Of a stretch of 64,000 bases of DNA, positions 1 through 12,700 are shown in pieces. The stretch's first letter is position 1; the number at the start of each line of letters is the position of its first letter. The DNA comes from Gracilinanus agilis (taxonomy: Eukaryota), in contig NC_058133.1 of assembly GCF_016433145.1 (NCBI RefSeq), positions 188,962,552 to 189,026,551 on the forward strand, read 5' to 3'. The position numbers were made by a program, and so were the translations under genes. The notes below the pieces were generated by a model. That model was given only the letters and a program-made list of their open reading frames with translations. It ran no database searches and had not been told where the DNA came from.

Positions 1-912
1 AGACTTGAGAAACCAGAATCCTCCAGGGAAGCCAGGAAAGAGAAATGAGATCACAGGCTACAGACTGTTCCTTGAGGCCTAATATTTCCCATGACTTTGC
101 CATGTCTTATGTGAAGAGTCCTTTAAGGTATTCTGAAGCTGAAAAGCAAGAAATCAAATTGAAAATCATGGATGAATTTTGATCCCCAGGATCATGGGAG
201 ACAGAAGAGTATAAGTAATTAAAACAACAGCTCAAGTAATTTTTTAAAATGCTTTTAAAATCAGATCCAAAATCAACCCCTAAATAACTAACAGTAGTTT
301 TACTAATATATAGCTTTGAGCATCCTACAAAATTCTTATCCTGACATTCAAGGTCCTTATAATCTGATTGTCATCTTCTTTTCCTAACTTATCTCCAACA
401 GTTCCCCTATTTGTATCCTAATCAAAACTGGATTTTATTGTTCCCATCTCTCCCTGTAAACTCTATATGTTCCTTGACTCTTGGCTCACAATATTTCCTT
501 CTGGAATGTCCTCTTTCTCATCTTCACCTGACTTCCTGTGCTTTAAAGCCCAGGTCAAATTCTCCTCCTCCATGAAACCTTCCCTGATTTTCCCCTGCTA
601 GACTCAATCTCTCCCTCCAATGAACTCATACAACATTCTATCCAGCATTTGTGACACTCTTCTTTGAATCATGGTCATTTTATACACCCATCTTATGTCC
701 CCTATTAGAGTATAAACTTCTGGAGAACTTCTTTATATCTGATCCTGTACCTCGCTTTGCCCTTTGCACACAGTAAATGCTTGATAGACACTTGTCAAAT
801 AAATGAATGGGCACATTATTTCAAGTTAACAAACATAAGGCAAAAGATGAGATTTCAAACTTCTTCCCTCTCCCTTACACCTTTTCCTGTAGGGGCTATG
901 GGACTCCCTCAC

Positions 913-2500
913 CTGCCACGTCCAGATCGACTTTGAAGTTAGCAGCATGGGTATGGATGGTACCCAGGGTGTGTTCCCCAACCTGATTCCCGTATCTTCG
1001 GCCAGCACCAAACAAAAAGGATGAACTGATATAGCCGGTAGCATGAAATTTGACTTCAATGGCTCCGTTGGGATGAAAGGCCATGTCCCATACATAATCA
1101 TAATTGAGCAGAGTGGACACAGACCTGAGGATCAACACCGTCCCTGGGAGGCCCCCATAGTAATAGGAGTAGAGATCGGAATGGTGCCGCCGCAGGGGGA
1201 TGCCCTGGTTCTGTTCAAATATGCACAGAGCGTCACGTACTGTCCTTGGAGTCCCAGAATCTGCAAGGAAATCCCAGTCAACATAGGTGGCCAGGTACGG
1301 ACAGTCTACTCCTCGGGTCAGTGGCGTGGAGAACAAGCCCATGCCAAAACTGCCATCTAAATAGCGAGTTAGCATGGCGGCTGGGGAGTTGCCGCCATAG
1401 ATAGTCAGAGCCTCCTGGAGGCTGAGCTCATAGACTATTCGCTCCCTCTGGAACCGGACATCAAAGATCCTCATACCGCTGTACAACTCCAGGCCAAAGG
1501 TGAAGGTCCAGAGTGGAGAGGCCACCTGACTTCCTTGGACACTGAATCGGGGACCCTGGGGGGAAAACTGCAGTGGGGGAGGGGAGCCTGGGGGAACTCG
1601 AGGCCTGAGAGATGAAGCGACTTTGGTGCCATTGGGCGCCATCTCTACAACCTCCACCCGGCCTCCCTCAAACTCCTGCTCCAGGTGGTCCATGTTCTTA
1701 TAGTAGCGACCGTTGTAGAAGACTTGCTGAACGGTCCATCGAGCGGGGTCCAGGGCCCCATGGTCTATGAGCAGCTCTAGGCCCACCGGGTGGAGATAAA
1801 GGCCAGCACCTGGGACGTTGTAGTAGATTCCAAACCAGGTGGCCCGATCCCCAGAGCGCAGGCCTCTGGGGGCGGCCGTCACGGACAACAGGTTTCTCCC
1901 ATTGTGGTAGCAACAACGATGGAGGAGACCTGCGGCAAGAGGCAGCACGCGCTCAGTGATCATCTTGTTGATTTCTTCCATTTCCTTTGTGGACAGTGGG
2001 CGCCTGTGATAGGGGAGGGGGCCCCCATGCCGTTCTGCAGTCACATCCCGCAGGTAGGAGGGGTTAGGCAGTGGTCCCACCAACAGTTCACTCACATTGG
2101 GTTGGGCCTGTTGGCCAAAGAAGACAAGGGCGAGGGCCTCTCGAGGAGGTGGGGGCTCCCCCCTGTCCAGGTGGGCCAAGGCTACGGCCTTGGGGGGCAG
2201 TCGCAGCTCCACTGAGTAGATGCAGTTATCAGACGGGATGGCACGGCTTGCATCCACCAGCCCTGACCCCAACTGCCGGGTCAGGAAGCCCATCACTGAG
2301 GCCAACTCCTCCCTGGTCAGGTCCGAGAAGAGCCGGCTCTGGACGGGATGTGGCCGGATCTGGCTCTTGGTTTTCAGTGAGGAGCACTGGGGAGGTTGGC
2401 TGGAAGCATCCCCACCCCTCCCCGTCAGCAGGACGCAAACCAAGGCAAAGATGGTGATGATGGAGAGAACCAGGAGCACCAGGGCTGTTTTCAGGTTCAT
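913..2500 (-). CDS. AOC3: Membrane primary amine oxidase (VAP-1/SSAO), coding exon 1 (1588 nt); the rest of the gene lies left of the window
   Basis: ATG at 2500 ([10 protein letters not shown]..., signal-anchor TM). Motifs: catalytic Asp [11 protein letters not shown] motif [10 protein letters not shown] (Leu gate, AOC3-type) and Cu ligands HTH. Donor CAG|GTGAG at 913/912. Adjacent to AOC2 as in human. An AOC4-like paralogue cannot be fully excluded. Confidence 0.9.
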
Positions 2501-2683
2501 GGTCACATGGAGAATCAGAGAGGCCGGACCTCAAGAGAAAGGGGTGGGGTAGCTCCCGACAGCCGGGGGAGAGTTTCTTTCAAACTCGAGGACTGCTTGG
2601 GTTAACGTGCGCCACAGGGTGAGGTTGCCAGACTGCAGAGACATAGGGAATGTGTAGGGCCAGAGCAGCAGGGGGGAGGACCA

Positions 2684-2763
2684 GGGGCGGGCCGGGGCTG
2701 GGAGTGGAGGCTGAGGCGGAACCGGAGCAGGGGGAGCCGGGACCTCAGCTGTACCATATAAGG
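2684..2763 (-). promoter_or_regulatory. AOC3 proximal promoter: GC box (2684-2691) and perfect CArG box CCATATAAGG (2754-2763)
   Basis: Motifs read directly, 180-260 bp upstream of the AOC3 ATG. CC(A/T)6GG is the SRF consensus. Confidence 0.6.
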
Positions 2764-3264
2764 ATCGACATTTCCTATCGGGGCTTCCTTCCAGGGTCAG
2801 AGCTGGGGGGCATGGCCTGAGATGGGCAGTTATTCAAGATAAGAAGGGGAAAGGGAGGATGAGAGGAACGTGGAGGAGAGATGGGGCTCAGCGCATGGCC
2901 CTTCCTTCTACCCACCCCCATCTCCAGCCTTCCTCCCCCTCTTCCACCCTATTCTACCTCCCTCCCACCATCCAGATGTGTTCTTTCTTTTAGCAGCAAA
3001 ATGTTGTTCAGCTTCCAAGGGTAACTTATGCTCCCAACCCCCTACAGGCTTCCTTCTTTCCCCTTCTCATAGCCATCTTCCTTCTTCTTCCCCTTATGCC
3101 CCCCACCCCTTATGAATATCCTGGAGAGAGGGTAAAGAAAGGTTAATTTTTTAAAGAATCAAAGTGAAAAGAAAATGAGGAAGAGGAAAAAATGTGACCA
3201 GATTGGAGAATGAATCTGAAGAGATGTATGGAGTGACTCCCCACTGATTTTAAGAAAAGTACAA

Positions 3265-3675
3265 GGAGGCACCTAGGTGGCTCAGTGGTTAGAGGGCCAG
3301 GTCTAGAGACAGGTCCTGGGTACAAATGTGGCCTTACATACTTCCTAGTTAAGACAAGTCACTTAACCCCCACTGCCTAGCCCTTACTGCTCTTCTGTCT
3401 TGGAACTGATACTCAGTATTGATTCTAAGCCAGAAGGTGAGGGTTTTTTAAAAGAAAGAAATGTGTGACCCTGGACAAGTCACTTTACTCCCATTGCCTA
3501 GCCCTTCTCACTCTTCTATATACTCAGTATTGATTCTAGGACAGAAGGTAAGGGTTTAAAAATAGAAACAAAGAAATTTGTGACCCTGAACAAGTCACTT
3601 AACTTAGCCCTTACTGCTCTTCTGCCTTGGAACCAATCCATAGTATTGATTCTAGGGCAGAAGGTGAGAGTTTAG
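3265..3675 (+). mobile_element. Opossum SINE1-type element followed by two tandem 5'-truncated copies of its 3' half
   Basis: GGAGGCACCTAGGTGGCTCAGTGG head at 3265. The block GACAAGTCACTT...GTATTGATTCTA...GAAGGT(G/A)AG(G/A)GTTT occurs three times (ending about 3452, 3562, 3675). Confidence 0.85.
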
Positions 3676-3778
3676 GGGGGTGGGGGGAGGGAATCCAATG
3701 TATGAGGTAAGTGGGCGTGTCGAGATGGAGGAGGAGCAGGAGAAAGCCCGGGGCCAGATGTCAAGGTTCCAAGCAGGA

Positions 3779-6700
3779 TTAGAAGCCATAGTAGGAGAAT
3801 GGAGGCAGGTCAGGCACGCAGGCTGCCAAGTCCTGGAGGCAGGCGATGGGGTTGACATCGCAGAGCCCAGCATCCTGATCATCCCGAAAGTAAACAGCAT
3901 CAGGGGAGAAAGCGGAGGGGTCCTCGTCAAAGAAGTTGTAGGGCCTGAGGAAGAAACCGACGCCATTTCCCGGAGTCACAGTGTTGGGGATGTCCTCCGC
4001 ATGGGGAATATGCAGAAAGCTGGCGGTAACCCAGGCAACCAAGTCCTGAGGAAAAGAGGAGAGAATGAGAGCCAGTGAGGCGCCAACTGTACCTACTCCC
4101 GCCCTACCTGGAAGGAAAGAGGGAACACCCCCCCCCCCCCAGTGTCGCTCTCAGAGGACGGAACTGAGTTTNNNNNNNNNNNNNNNNNNNNNNNNNNNNN
4201 NNNNNNNNNNNNNNNNNNNNNNNNNNNNNNNNNNNNNNNNNNNNNNNNNNNNNNNNNNNNNNNNNNNNNNNNNNNNNNNNNNNNNNNNNNNNNNNNNNNN
4301 NNNNNNNNNNNNNNNNNNNNNNNNNNNNNNNNNNNNNNNNNNNNNNNNNNNNNNNNNNNNNNNNNNNNNNNNNNNNNNNNNNNNNNNNNNNNNNNNNNNN
4401 NNNNNNNNNNNNNNNNNNNNNNNNNNNNNNNNNNNNNNNNNNNNNNNNNNNNNNNNNNNNNNNNNNNNNNNNNNNNNNNNNNNNNNNNNNNNNNNNNNNN
4501 NNNNNNNNNNNNNNNNNNNNCGCCCCCCATCGCCCTAGCTGCTCCCTGGGTTATGAGGACAGGAGGGGTCTCCCCTTCCTCACTGGCCTGATGGATTCCG
4601 TCCTCACCACTCTGCTGAAACTCTGTGAGGCCATGGGTGACTGTGGTACCAAGGGCCTTTTTTCAGTCTTCTTCCTTAAATTCGGAGTCATTTTTAACAT
4701 TATGGATCACAGCATCCTCCTATTTTATTTTCTCATTCCTCGGCTTCAGAGGCATCACTTTCTCTGGGGTTCTCCTCTCCCCTCTCTCTTAATAGCTCCA
4801 TCTCTCTTTTTGTTCATTCCTCCGCATTAAGATAGATGTTCCTCTTTGGCCCTTGACTTTCTCCCTTTACATGCTTCCCCAGGTAGTCTTCTTCAACCCT
4901 ATAGCTTTCAAATATTACCCCCTCCTATCATCGTTGTTATTCAGTGGAGTCAGACTCTCCATGACCCTGTTTGGGATTTTCTGGGCAAAGATACTGGAGT
5001 GATGTGCCATTTCCTTCTCCAGTTCATTTTACAGACTAGGAAACTGAGGCAAACAGGGTGAAGTGACTTGCCCAGGGTCACACAGCTAGTAAGGGTCTGA
5101 AGTTAGATTTGAATTTAGGTCTTCCTGACTCCAGGCCTGGCACTCTATCCACTTCATCACTTAGCTGCCCACCTCTTTATCAGTAGAGATGTTTGTAAAG
5201 TATTTAGCATAGTGCCTGGCACAAGTAGGTAATTAATACTTATCTCTTCCCTTCTCTTCCCTTTATTCGACTGGACTCATACATCTATATCTCCAGCCCT
5301 GCCCTAAACTTTACATCAATGTCTACAACTGTCTCTAAGAAGTCTCTAGCTGGAGAAATACCTCAAGCTTGGGCTGTCCAAAAGAGAATTTTACTCTTAA
5401 CACTGCTCCTCCCTCAATTGTTTTTGTCACTGAATCATCTAGTTAGCCATATCCAATTGGTTTACCAAATTCTGTTTTTATACTTGAAACCTTTCATACA
5501 TCTGTCTTCTCCTCTCTGATCCCAGTTTTGCCATTCTAGTACTTATCTTCATTATCATTCTCTTGAAATATCAAATTAGCTTTCCAGGACTTTTTAGTCT
5601 TCACTCTTTCCTACTCTTAAATCGATTGTTTTCATTGCTGCCAACATTAAACTTTATGCATGAATCCAGGCATGGTTCCTCTATTCATATATCTTTAAAG
5701 CTGCTTATTGACTACCAAATGAAATTCTGGTATTCATGGCCTTCCACAACGTAGGCCCACACTGCCTTTCCAGCCTCATCGAACACTACTTTGTTCCATA
5801 GACTGCACTCCAATCAAACTGGACTGTCTCCTGTATATGTCCTGTACTCTCATGCTTGCATACCTTTGTTCACAGTGTTCCCTGTGTCAGGAATATGCTT
5901 GCTTCCCATCTTCACTGTGTCAGATATCACATTGAAAACTCAGTACATGAGTCAAATTTATAAGAATACAAAGCATTTCCCAATTGAAAAAATGGTCAAA
6001 GGATATGAACAAACAGTTCTCAGAAGAAGAAATTAAAACTATAATCATATGAAAAAATGTTTCAAGTCACTATTGATTAGAGAAATGCATTAAAACAACT
6101 CTGAGATACCACCTCACACCTATCAGATTGGCTAACATGACCAAAAAAGAAAATGATAAATATTGGAAGATGTGGGAAAATTGGGACACTAATCCACTGT
6201 TGTTGGAACTGTGAACTGATGCAACCATTCTGGAGAGCAAAGTGGAATGAGGTTCGAAGGGCCACAAAAATATGCATATCTTTTAACCCAGCAATATCAC
6301 TATTGGATCTGCATCCCAAAGAGATCAGAGATAAGGGAAGAAGACCTACCTGCATGAAAATATTTTTTGCAGCTCTTTTTGTAGTGGCAAAGAATTGAAA
6401 ACTGAGGGGTTGTCCATCACTTGGGGAATGGGTGAACAAGTTGTGGCATATGGTTGTAATGGAATACTATTTTGCTCCATAAGAAATGATGAACAGGATG
6501 AGGGCAAAAAAACCTGGAAAGACTTATATGAACTGATACAAAGTGAAGTGAGCACAACCAAGAGAACAATGTATACAGTAACAGAAATATTGTATGACGA
6601 TCACCTGTGAAGGACTGAACCATTATCAGCAAAGCAAGTTTCCAGGATAACCACAAGGGAATCACTATGAAAAAGCCCTCCACAGCCAAAGAAGGAACTG

Positions 6701-9700
6701 TTGGAGTCTGAGGGCAGATCAAAGCATGTCAGCTTCTACTTTATTTTCTTCATGAGATGTTTATTGTATGTGTGATATGTGTCTTCTATCATAACATGAG
6801 CAATATAGAAATATGTATTGCATGAAAGTATGGGTAGGACCTATACCAGACTATTTACCACCTCAGAGAAGGGAGGAAGGGTAGGAGAGGGAGAAATATG
6901 AATTCTAAAATGTCAGAAAATAGTTAACATTTTTTCTACATATAACTGAAAAAATGAAAATAAATCTTTAAAAAATCCGCAAATGTTCAAATGCCAGCTT
7001 CTCCATAAAGCCTTCCCTGACTCTACTAACCAGCATCAACTGATTCCCTGACAACTTCACCTTTTGTTGTACCTATAATATTATTATTATATTATTTTGG
7101 CTTGTAGTTATGAATGAGTCGAAAAAGAACTGGATTTCGATTCAGATGTGGGTTTGAATCCCAACTCTGCCACTTACTATTATCTTTGTCATGATCTTGA
7201 GCAAGTGACAACCTCTCTTAGCTCAAATTTCCTCAACTGGGAAATGAAGGAGTTGGATTAGGTGACCTGTAAGGCCCTTTCTATCTTTAGATCTTGTGGT
7301 TCTGAGTCATATGCCCTTATTAAACAATAAGATCTGGGGGCAGCTGGGTGGCTCAGTGGATTGAGAGCCAGGCCTAATGATGGGAAGTCCTAGGTTCAGA
7401 TCTGTTCTCAGACACCTCCTAACTGGGCAAGTCACTTAACCCCCATTGCCCAGCTCTTACCACTCTTCTGCCTTAGAACCAATACACAGTACTGATTCTA
7501 AGATGGAAGGTAAGGGTTTAAAAAAACAAACTATAAGATCTGTGAGGGAACCATTTTTCATGTAAACGACCTCCTCCAGCACCTAGAACACATTGCTTTG
7601 CACATAGTCAACACTTGATAATTATGTTGTTTTTTGCCCCTGGTTGATCATCAGAGAAGTCTCCATCCTTCCAAATGGCTCAGCTATCCAAAGATCTAAG
7701 GATTGGCATCTTAGAGTCAAAAAGACTGAACCACTTGGAAACTAGATAATTCCTCTCCCACTCCCTCCTCTTCAGGGCCACTGACCTCCCCTGAGAGCAC
7801 CTCATTGTCAATGAAGTTGGCAAAGACCACAGTCGGTGTCCAGGGATCATTCTGGTTGTAGATGCTACTGCTCTGTGGCTCTTCCTCTTTCCGGCGAGTT
7901 ACTGCTAGCTGGTACCTAAGTATGAGGTAAGGGCTCCAGGTAAGCCTTAGGGCACTAGTTGGGGAGTAGGGTGGTTGTTGGAGGGGCAGAACATTTATAT
8001 AGTGAGTCTTCTGCCCAGATACTGGGGGATACTGTTGCCCACCTCACTTCCCTTTGGTTTGGAAGGAGAAATAGGGAGCTAGTGAGTTTCTTTCTGATAC
8101 TTCCCACCCTTCCTTCCAGATGCTCCCTTCTTCCTCACCTTCCCCAGCTGAATGCCTTCTCCATGGTGGTCTCAAGGGGTAGATGTACTCCAAGAGGACT
8201 ACGGATCTGGACCCGATATCCACGGCGGTGACCCCAAGTATTGGTGTGGTTGCTGGCAAGGCAAAGGTATCTGGGGAGGGCATCTCCCAGGAGGAAGGCT
8301 GCCTTATTCTCTGTGTCCAGTATCTGCCTTGTCAGCTGTGGACGCTGCAGCTGGTGTTCAGGACTCCAAGGCACAGTAATGGGTTCAAACATCACATCCT
8401 CTGTCAGCACCCAATTTTCTAACCCTGCAGGAGTGAGGCATGGGAGGGGCTAGATTACATCATTTGAAAGCAACTCAAACACCCCCCCCCTCCACACACA
8501 CACACAAACACAAATATGAGAGGTGATGAAAAAATGACTCATTTCTGATTGATTCCCTATTATATTCCCCACAGCGCTGCCTCACATCTTTTCCTCTAAA
8601 ATAGTCAGAACTCCACTCCCTCCCCATCTCCTTTGACAATGACCTTTGCCTCTGCCTCCAAGATCAGTTCTCTCTTGTCTCTTCCACCCTTTAAAACCTG
8701 TCAATTAATCTTTATTCATATTCTTGCTTCCCTCTGGTCTTAGAAACTCCCTTGCAACTCTTCCCTAGTCAGGGCTAATCCTTCCTCAATCTCATTTCTT
8801 CCAGGCATAGAACTTGCTTCATGTTCTCTCTCCATAATCTTGTCTTTCCCTCTTCTTTGTCTCCTTCCTGCCTTTGGACATGCTGTTTTCGTTACCATTT
8901 GTCAAGCTATTGTCCTTTCTCATTTATGGTCCTCCTAAGCTTTCTTCCTTTTCCTTCAGATGTAGTAAATCCAGAACTAAGCTTATCATCTTTCCCCTCT
9001 TAACCTGCTCCTCTCTTCTATTATTTGTGTGTGGCATTCACTGTACACTTGATTTCCCCTCCCCCCTCTTTATCTCCCTCATAATAACCACAGGACTATC
9101 TTTGATCTCTCCCTCTCCTTTTTTTCTTTATAAAAATTCTTACCTATCTTAGAATCAATACTGTTTATTGGTTCCAAGGCTTATGAGCAGGTAAGGGCTA
9201 GGCAATCGTGGTTAAGTGACTTACCCAGGGTCTTGCAGCTAGAAAGTATCTGAGCTCATACTTGAACCCAGGACCTTCTGTGTCCAAGGCCTGGCTCTCT
9301 ATCTACTGAGCTACCTAGCTGCCCCTTCTTAATTTTCATCTCCAATCAGTTACTTGGTCTTGCTGATTTGCATGACTGTACTTTTTGCATTTGTGTTCCC
9401 CTCTTTCTCTTCAATGACCACCACACTGGTACTCGTCCTGAAAACTACTTACCTAGATAATTGCAATAATTTTTTTCTAATAACCCTTACTTCTTCGTAA
9501 CTGTAAGATGGAAGGGCAAGGGCTAGGCAAACAGGGTTAAGTGACTTGCCCAGGGCCACACAGCTAGGAAGAAGTATCTGAGGCCAAATTTGAATCCAGG
9601 TCCCCTTGACTTCAGGTCTGGTGCTTTATCCACTGAGCTACCTAGCTGCCCCCTTGCAAAAATTTTTTCATAGGTCTCCAATCTCCATTATCCCTTTACC

Positions 9701-12700
9701 TTGCCTGTCCTACATCCCTCAAAACCACCCTGTATACCATTGCCAGAATTCTTACTGGAAACTATTCATGTTACTCCTAAGATCAAAAATCATCTTCTCA
9801 AGTTCAGATCAATATTTAAGGTCCTTCACTCTCAATAACCACCAGTCATCACCATACCTTTGCAGCTTTACCTCCTTGTTACTCTCCTCAAACTACAGTC
9901 AAGTGGGACTATTTCATGCCCACTAAACATAGCTCATGATGCTTGTCCCGCTTATAACTTTGGCTTTAAAAGCAGTGTTTGCTGTGCTCACTCCTTTTCC
10001 TACTGAATTCCTAGTCATTCCTTAAAGTCCAATTCAAATACTATATCATTCTGAGAATCTTCCTGGAGGATCTTACCAGGTCACCCTGGGTATTTTTTTT
10101 AAACCCTTACTTTCTGCCTTAGTATCAACTCTTAAGACAGAAGAGCATCAAGAACTAGGCAAAAGAGGTTGAATGACTTGCCTGGGGTCACACAAATAAG
10201 GAAGTATGTCAAATTTGAACCCAGGTTCCCAACTCTAGGCCTGGTACTCTTATCTATTATGCTACCTCCTACGGTCCCTAGGCATTGAATTTTGAGTCAA
10301 AGAACTTGGGCACAAATCCTGATGCTACTTCCTGTGTGATTTGGCAAGCAACTTCCTCCCTGGGGCTGTTTCCTCATTTATAAAATGAATGGGTTGTTAC
10401 CTAAATATCTTTTTAAATTAGGGAAAGGAATAATATTATAATTGTCTTGACTAGGGAAAAGAGGGATATTTTAATCAAACAAGTGAAAGTTATTGGAGAT
10501 AAAATGGTTTTGATTACACGATAAGATTTTACAATGCAAAAAATACTTCTGAAATTAAGGCATTTTGGGGGAAGTATTTAGAACAAATTTCAGATTAAAT
10601 CTAGCATACAAAATCTCTAAAGATGTTACATATATGTCACATGTGATCAGTGGAATGACTGAGACAATTCAGAAGAATTCTAATTGCTAATAATTAATTG
10701 GTAACCAGAAAAATGCAAATCAAGATAACCTTATGCTGGTACCACCTCATGCCTAGCCAGAATGAGAAAAACAGCAAAAATAATAAAATTCAAAATTGGT
10801 GGGGTTGCAAGGAAACAGTAACTTTTAAGACATCATTGGTAGAATTGCAGAATGGTACAGAGATTTTGGAGAACGGCATTATGTCAACATAAGACCAAAA
10901 AAAAAAGTCTTAACTTTTTACTCATAGGATTTTACCCATAAAATATCACAAGTGGGATAAAATATTTTAAAATATATTATAAAACATAAAATAACATGAA
11001 GTTATATTTCTATGAAAAGTATTCATAATTGTTTTATTTGCAATAGCAAAAAAAGTATATGCCCAAGAATGGCAAAATATAGTATGGTATATTATTGCAA
11101 TATTAGTTTTGAGAGCTGGTCTTGGAACTAGGAATACCTGGGTTCAAGCCTTGTCACACACTGGCTATAAATTGCAGAGGTAACACTCTGCATTGGCAGA
11201 GGGAGTTTCCTCATCTGGAGTTCTCTAGATCAATGAAATCATAGACCTAGTCCCTCTCTATGGAGCTATTGAATGTGTATGTGCTTAAACACACATACAT
11301 ATATACGGTAATGTTATATACACACAAAGTATACAAGGAAAAATGGAAAGACAAATGGGAAAAGATGTAAATTCAAGAAAACTGAATCAGAACTTTATAC
11401 ACTGATTTATGGAAGGGAAGGAGGGAGGAAGGGAAGAAGGGAGAGGAAAGGGAAGAAGAAGTAGGAAAAAGGCAGAATGGAGCTAAGACAGACTGGAAAG
11501 AATACAAAAAGCAAACACATTTCATTTGGCATTTAATTTGCTTTTTAGTTATTTAAAATTAGAATAAAATTAGCAAAATAAAAAAAAAAAATAAAGGGTT
11601 GGAATAGACGATCTCCAAAGTTCCCTCCAGCTCCAAATCCTGTGCTGATGACTTTGGCAGATCTCAATGCCAGTCTCCATCCTCTGTACACTGAATGATG
11701 GGGAGAAAACTCCCATTACATGCATGAAATATATCTCCCATGTAACTTGCAGGAATAATGGGATGACTTTCAAATGACTGTTGAGATGCTTAAAGGGACA
11801 TCACTCGGATCAATGGAAATCGTATGCTGCAAGGGAGCTTCCTTCTCCTATTAGTTCCCAACTTCTTCCTATTCCATTCACTCTGCTGCACACTGGTAGC
11901 CTTTATTTTTAGGCTCAGATACATAACCATTGAGAAAATACACATAAAGTGTGCCATAAATGCCAGCTATTATTATAGTGTTGGACTTAGTAAGAAACAG
12001 GAAAACTTAAGAGTTCAAACCATGGCCAATGTGGGGAATCTCCTTCAGGTTTCATTTGTGCAATGGGGAATAGTATCTGTTATTCCTGCCTCACATTGGG
12101 TTGTTGAGCTCAACTGAAATCTGTTAAGGGCTCTACAACATGAGTGATATTAAGTGACACAGGACACTTTTCTACCTTCCCTTTGGCTCCAACAGCCATT
12201 CTGCTGGTAACCACCCAACTCACCTGGAACACCTTGACCCCTGTAGGTTTATGCAGTTGCCCACAGCTCCCACCTTGCAACATCACTAAGCCCCAGATCA
12301 CACTGCGAGCAGAGAAGATCAAAGCTTAGGCAGAAACAGAAAACCTAAAATAATTTAATAATGCTAACTTGAGAATGTGAGGGGGGGAAGCTTGTCAGAT
12401 GTCTGATAATCCGTTTCATGGGCTGTGTCTGATCCATCATAAAATGGCCAATATAATCCCTTAGGCCACTCCTACTGAATGCATACTATTTGTGTGGTGC
12501 TCTCATTAGGTCCTCCCACTCTGGCCTCCTTCCAGACTGGTTATTTTTGATCCTCCTCCCTGGAGAGTCCTTGTTCCCAATCCCAAATTACCTGCTACAT
12601 CCAGGTCCAGCTTGAAGTGAAAGGCATGAGTGTGCACTGTCCCCAGAACTTGTCCCCCCACTCGGTTCCCAAAGTGAAGGGAATTGTCTCCCCCACCTAG

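Noticed and set aside
1043-2605. Several +-strand ORFs antisense to AOC3 exon 1 (similar ones opposite AOC2 exon 1 and WNK4 exons)
   Set aside because: Shadow ORFs of GC-rich coding sequence; no independent homology or splice logic.
4065-4591. ORFs of 145-157 aa spanning N runs (also at 17329-17787 and 55638-56246)
   Set aside because: Artefacts of assembly gaps translated as X; bases flanking the gaps, such as the poly-C at about 4128-4140, may be low quality.
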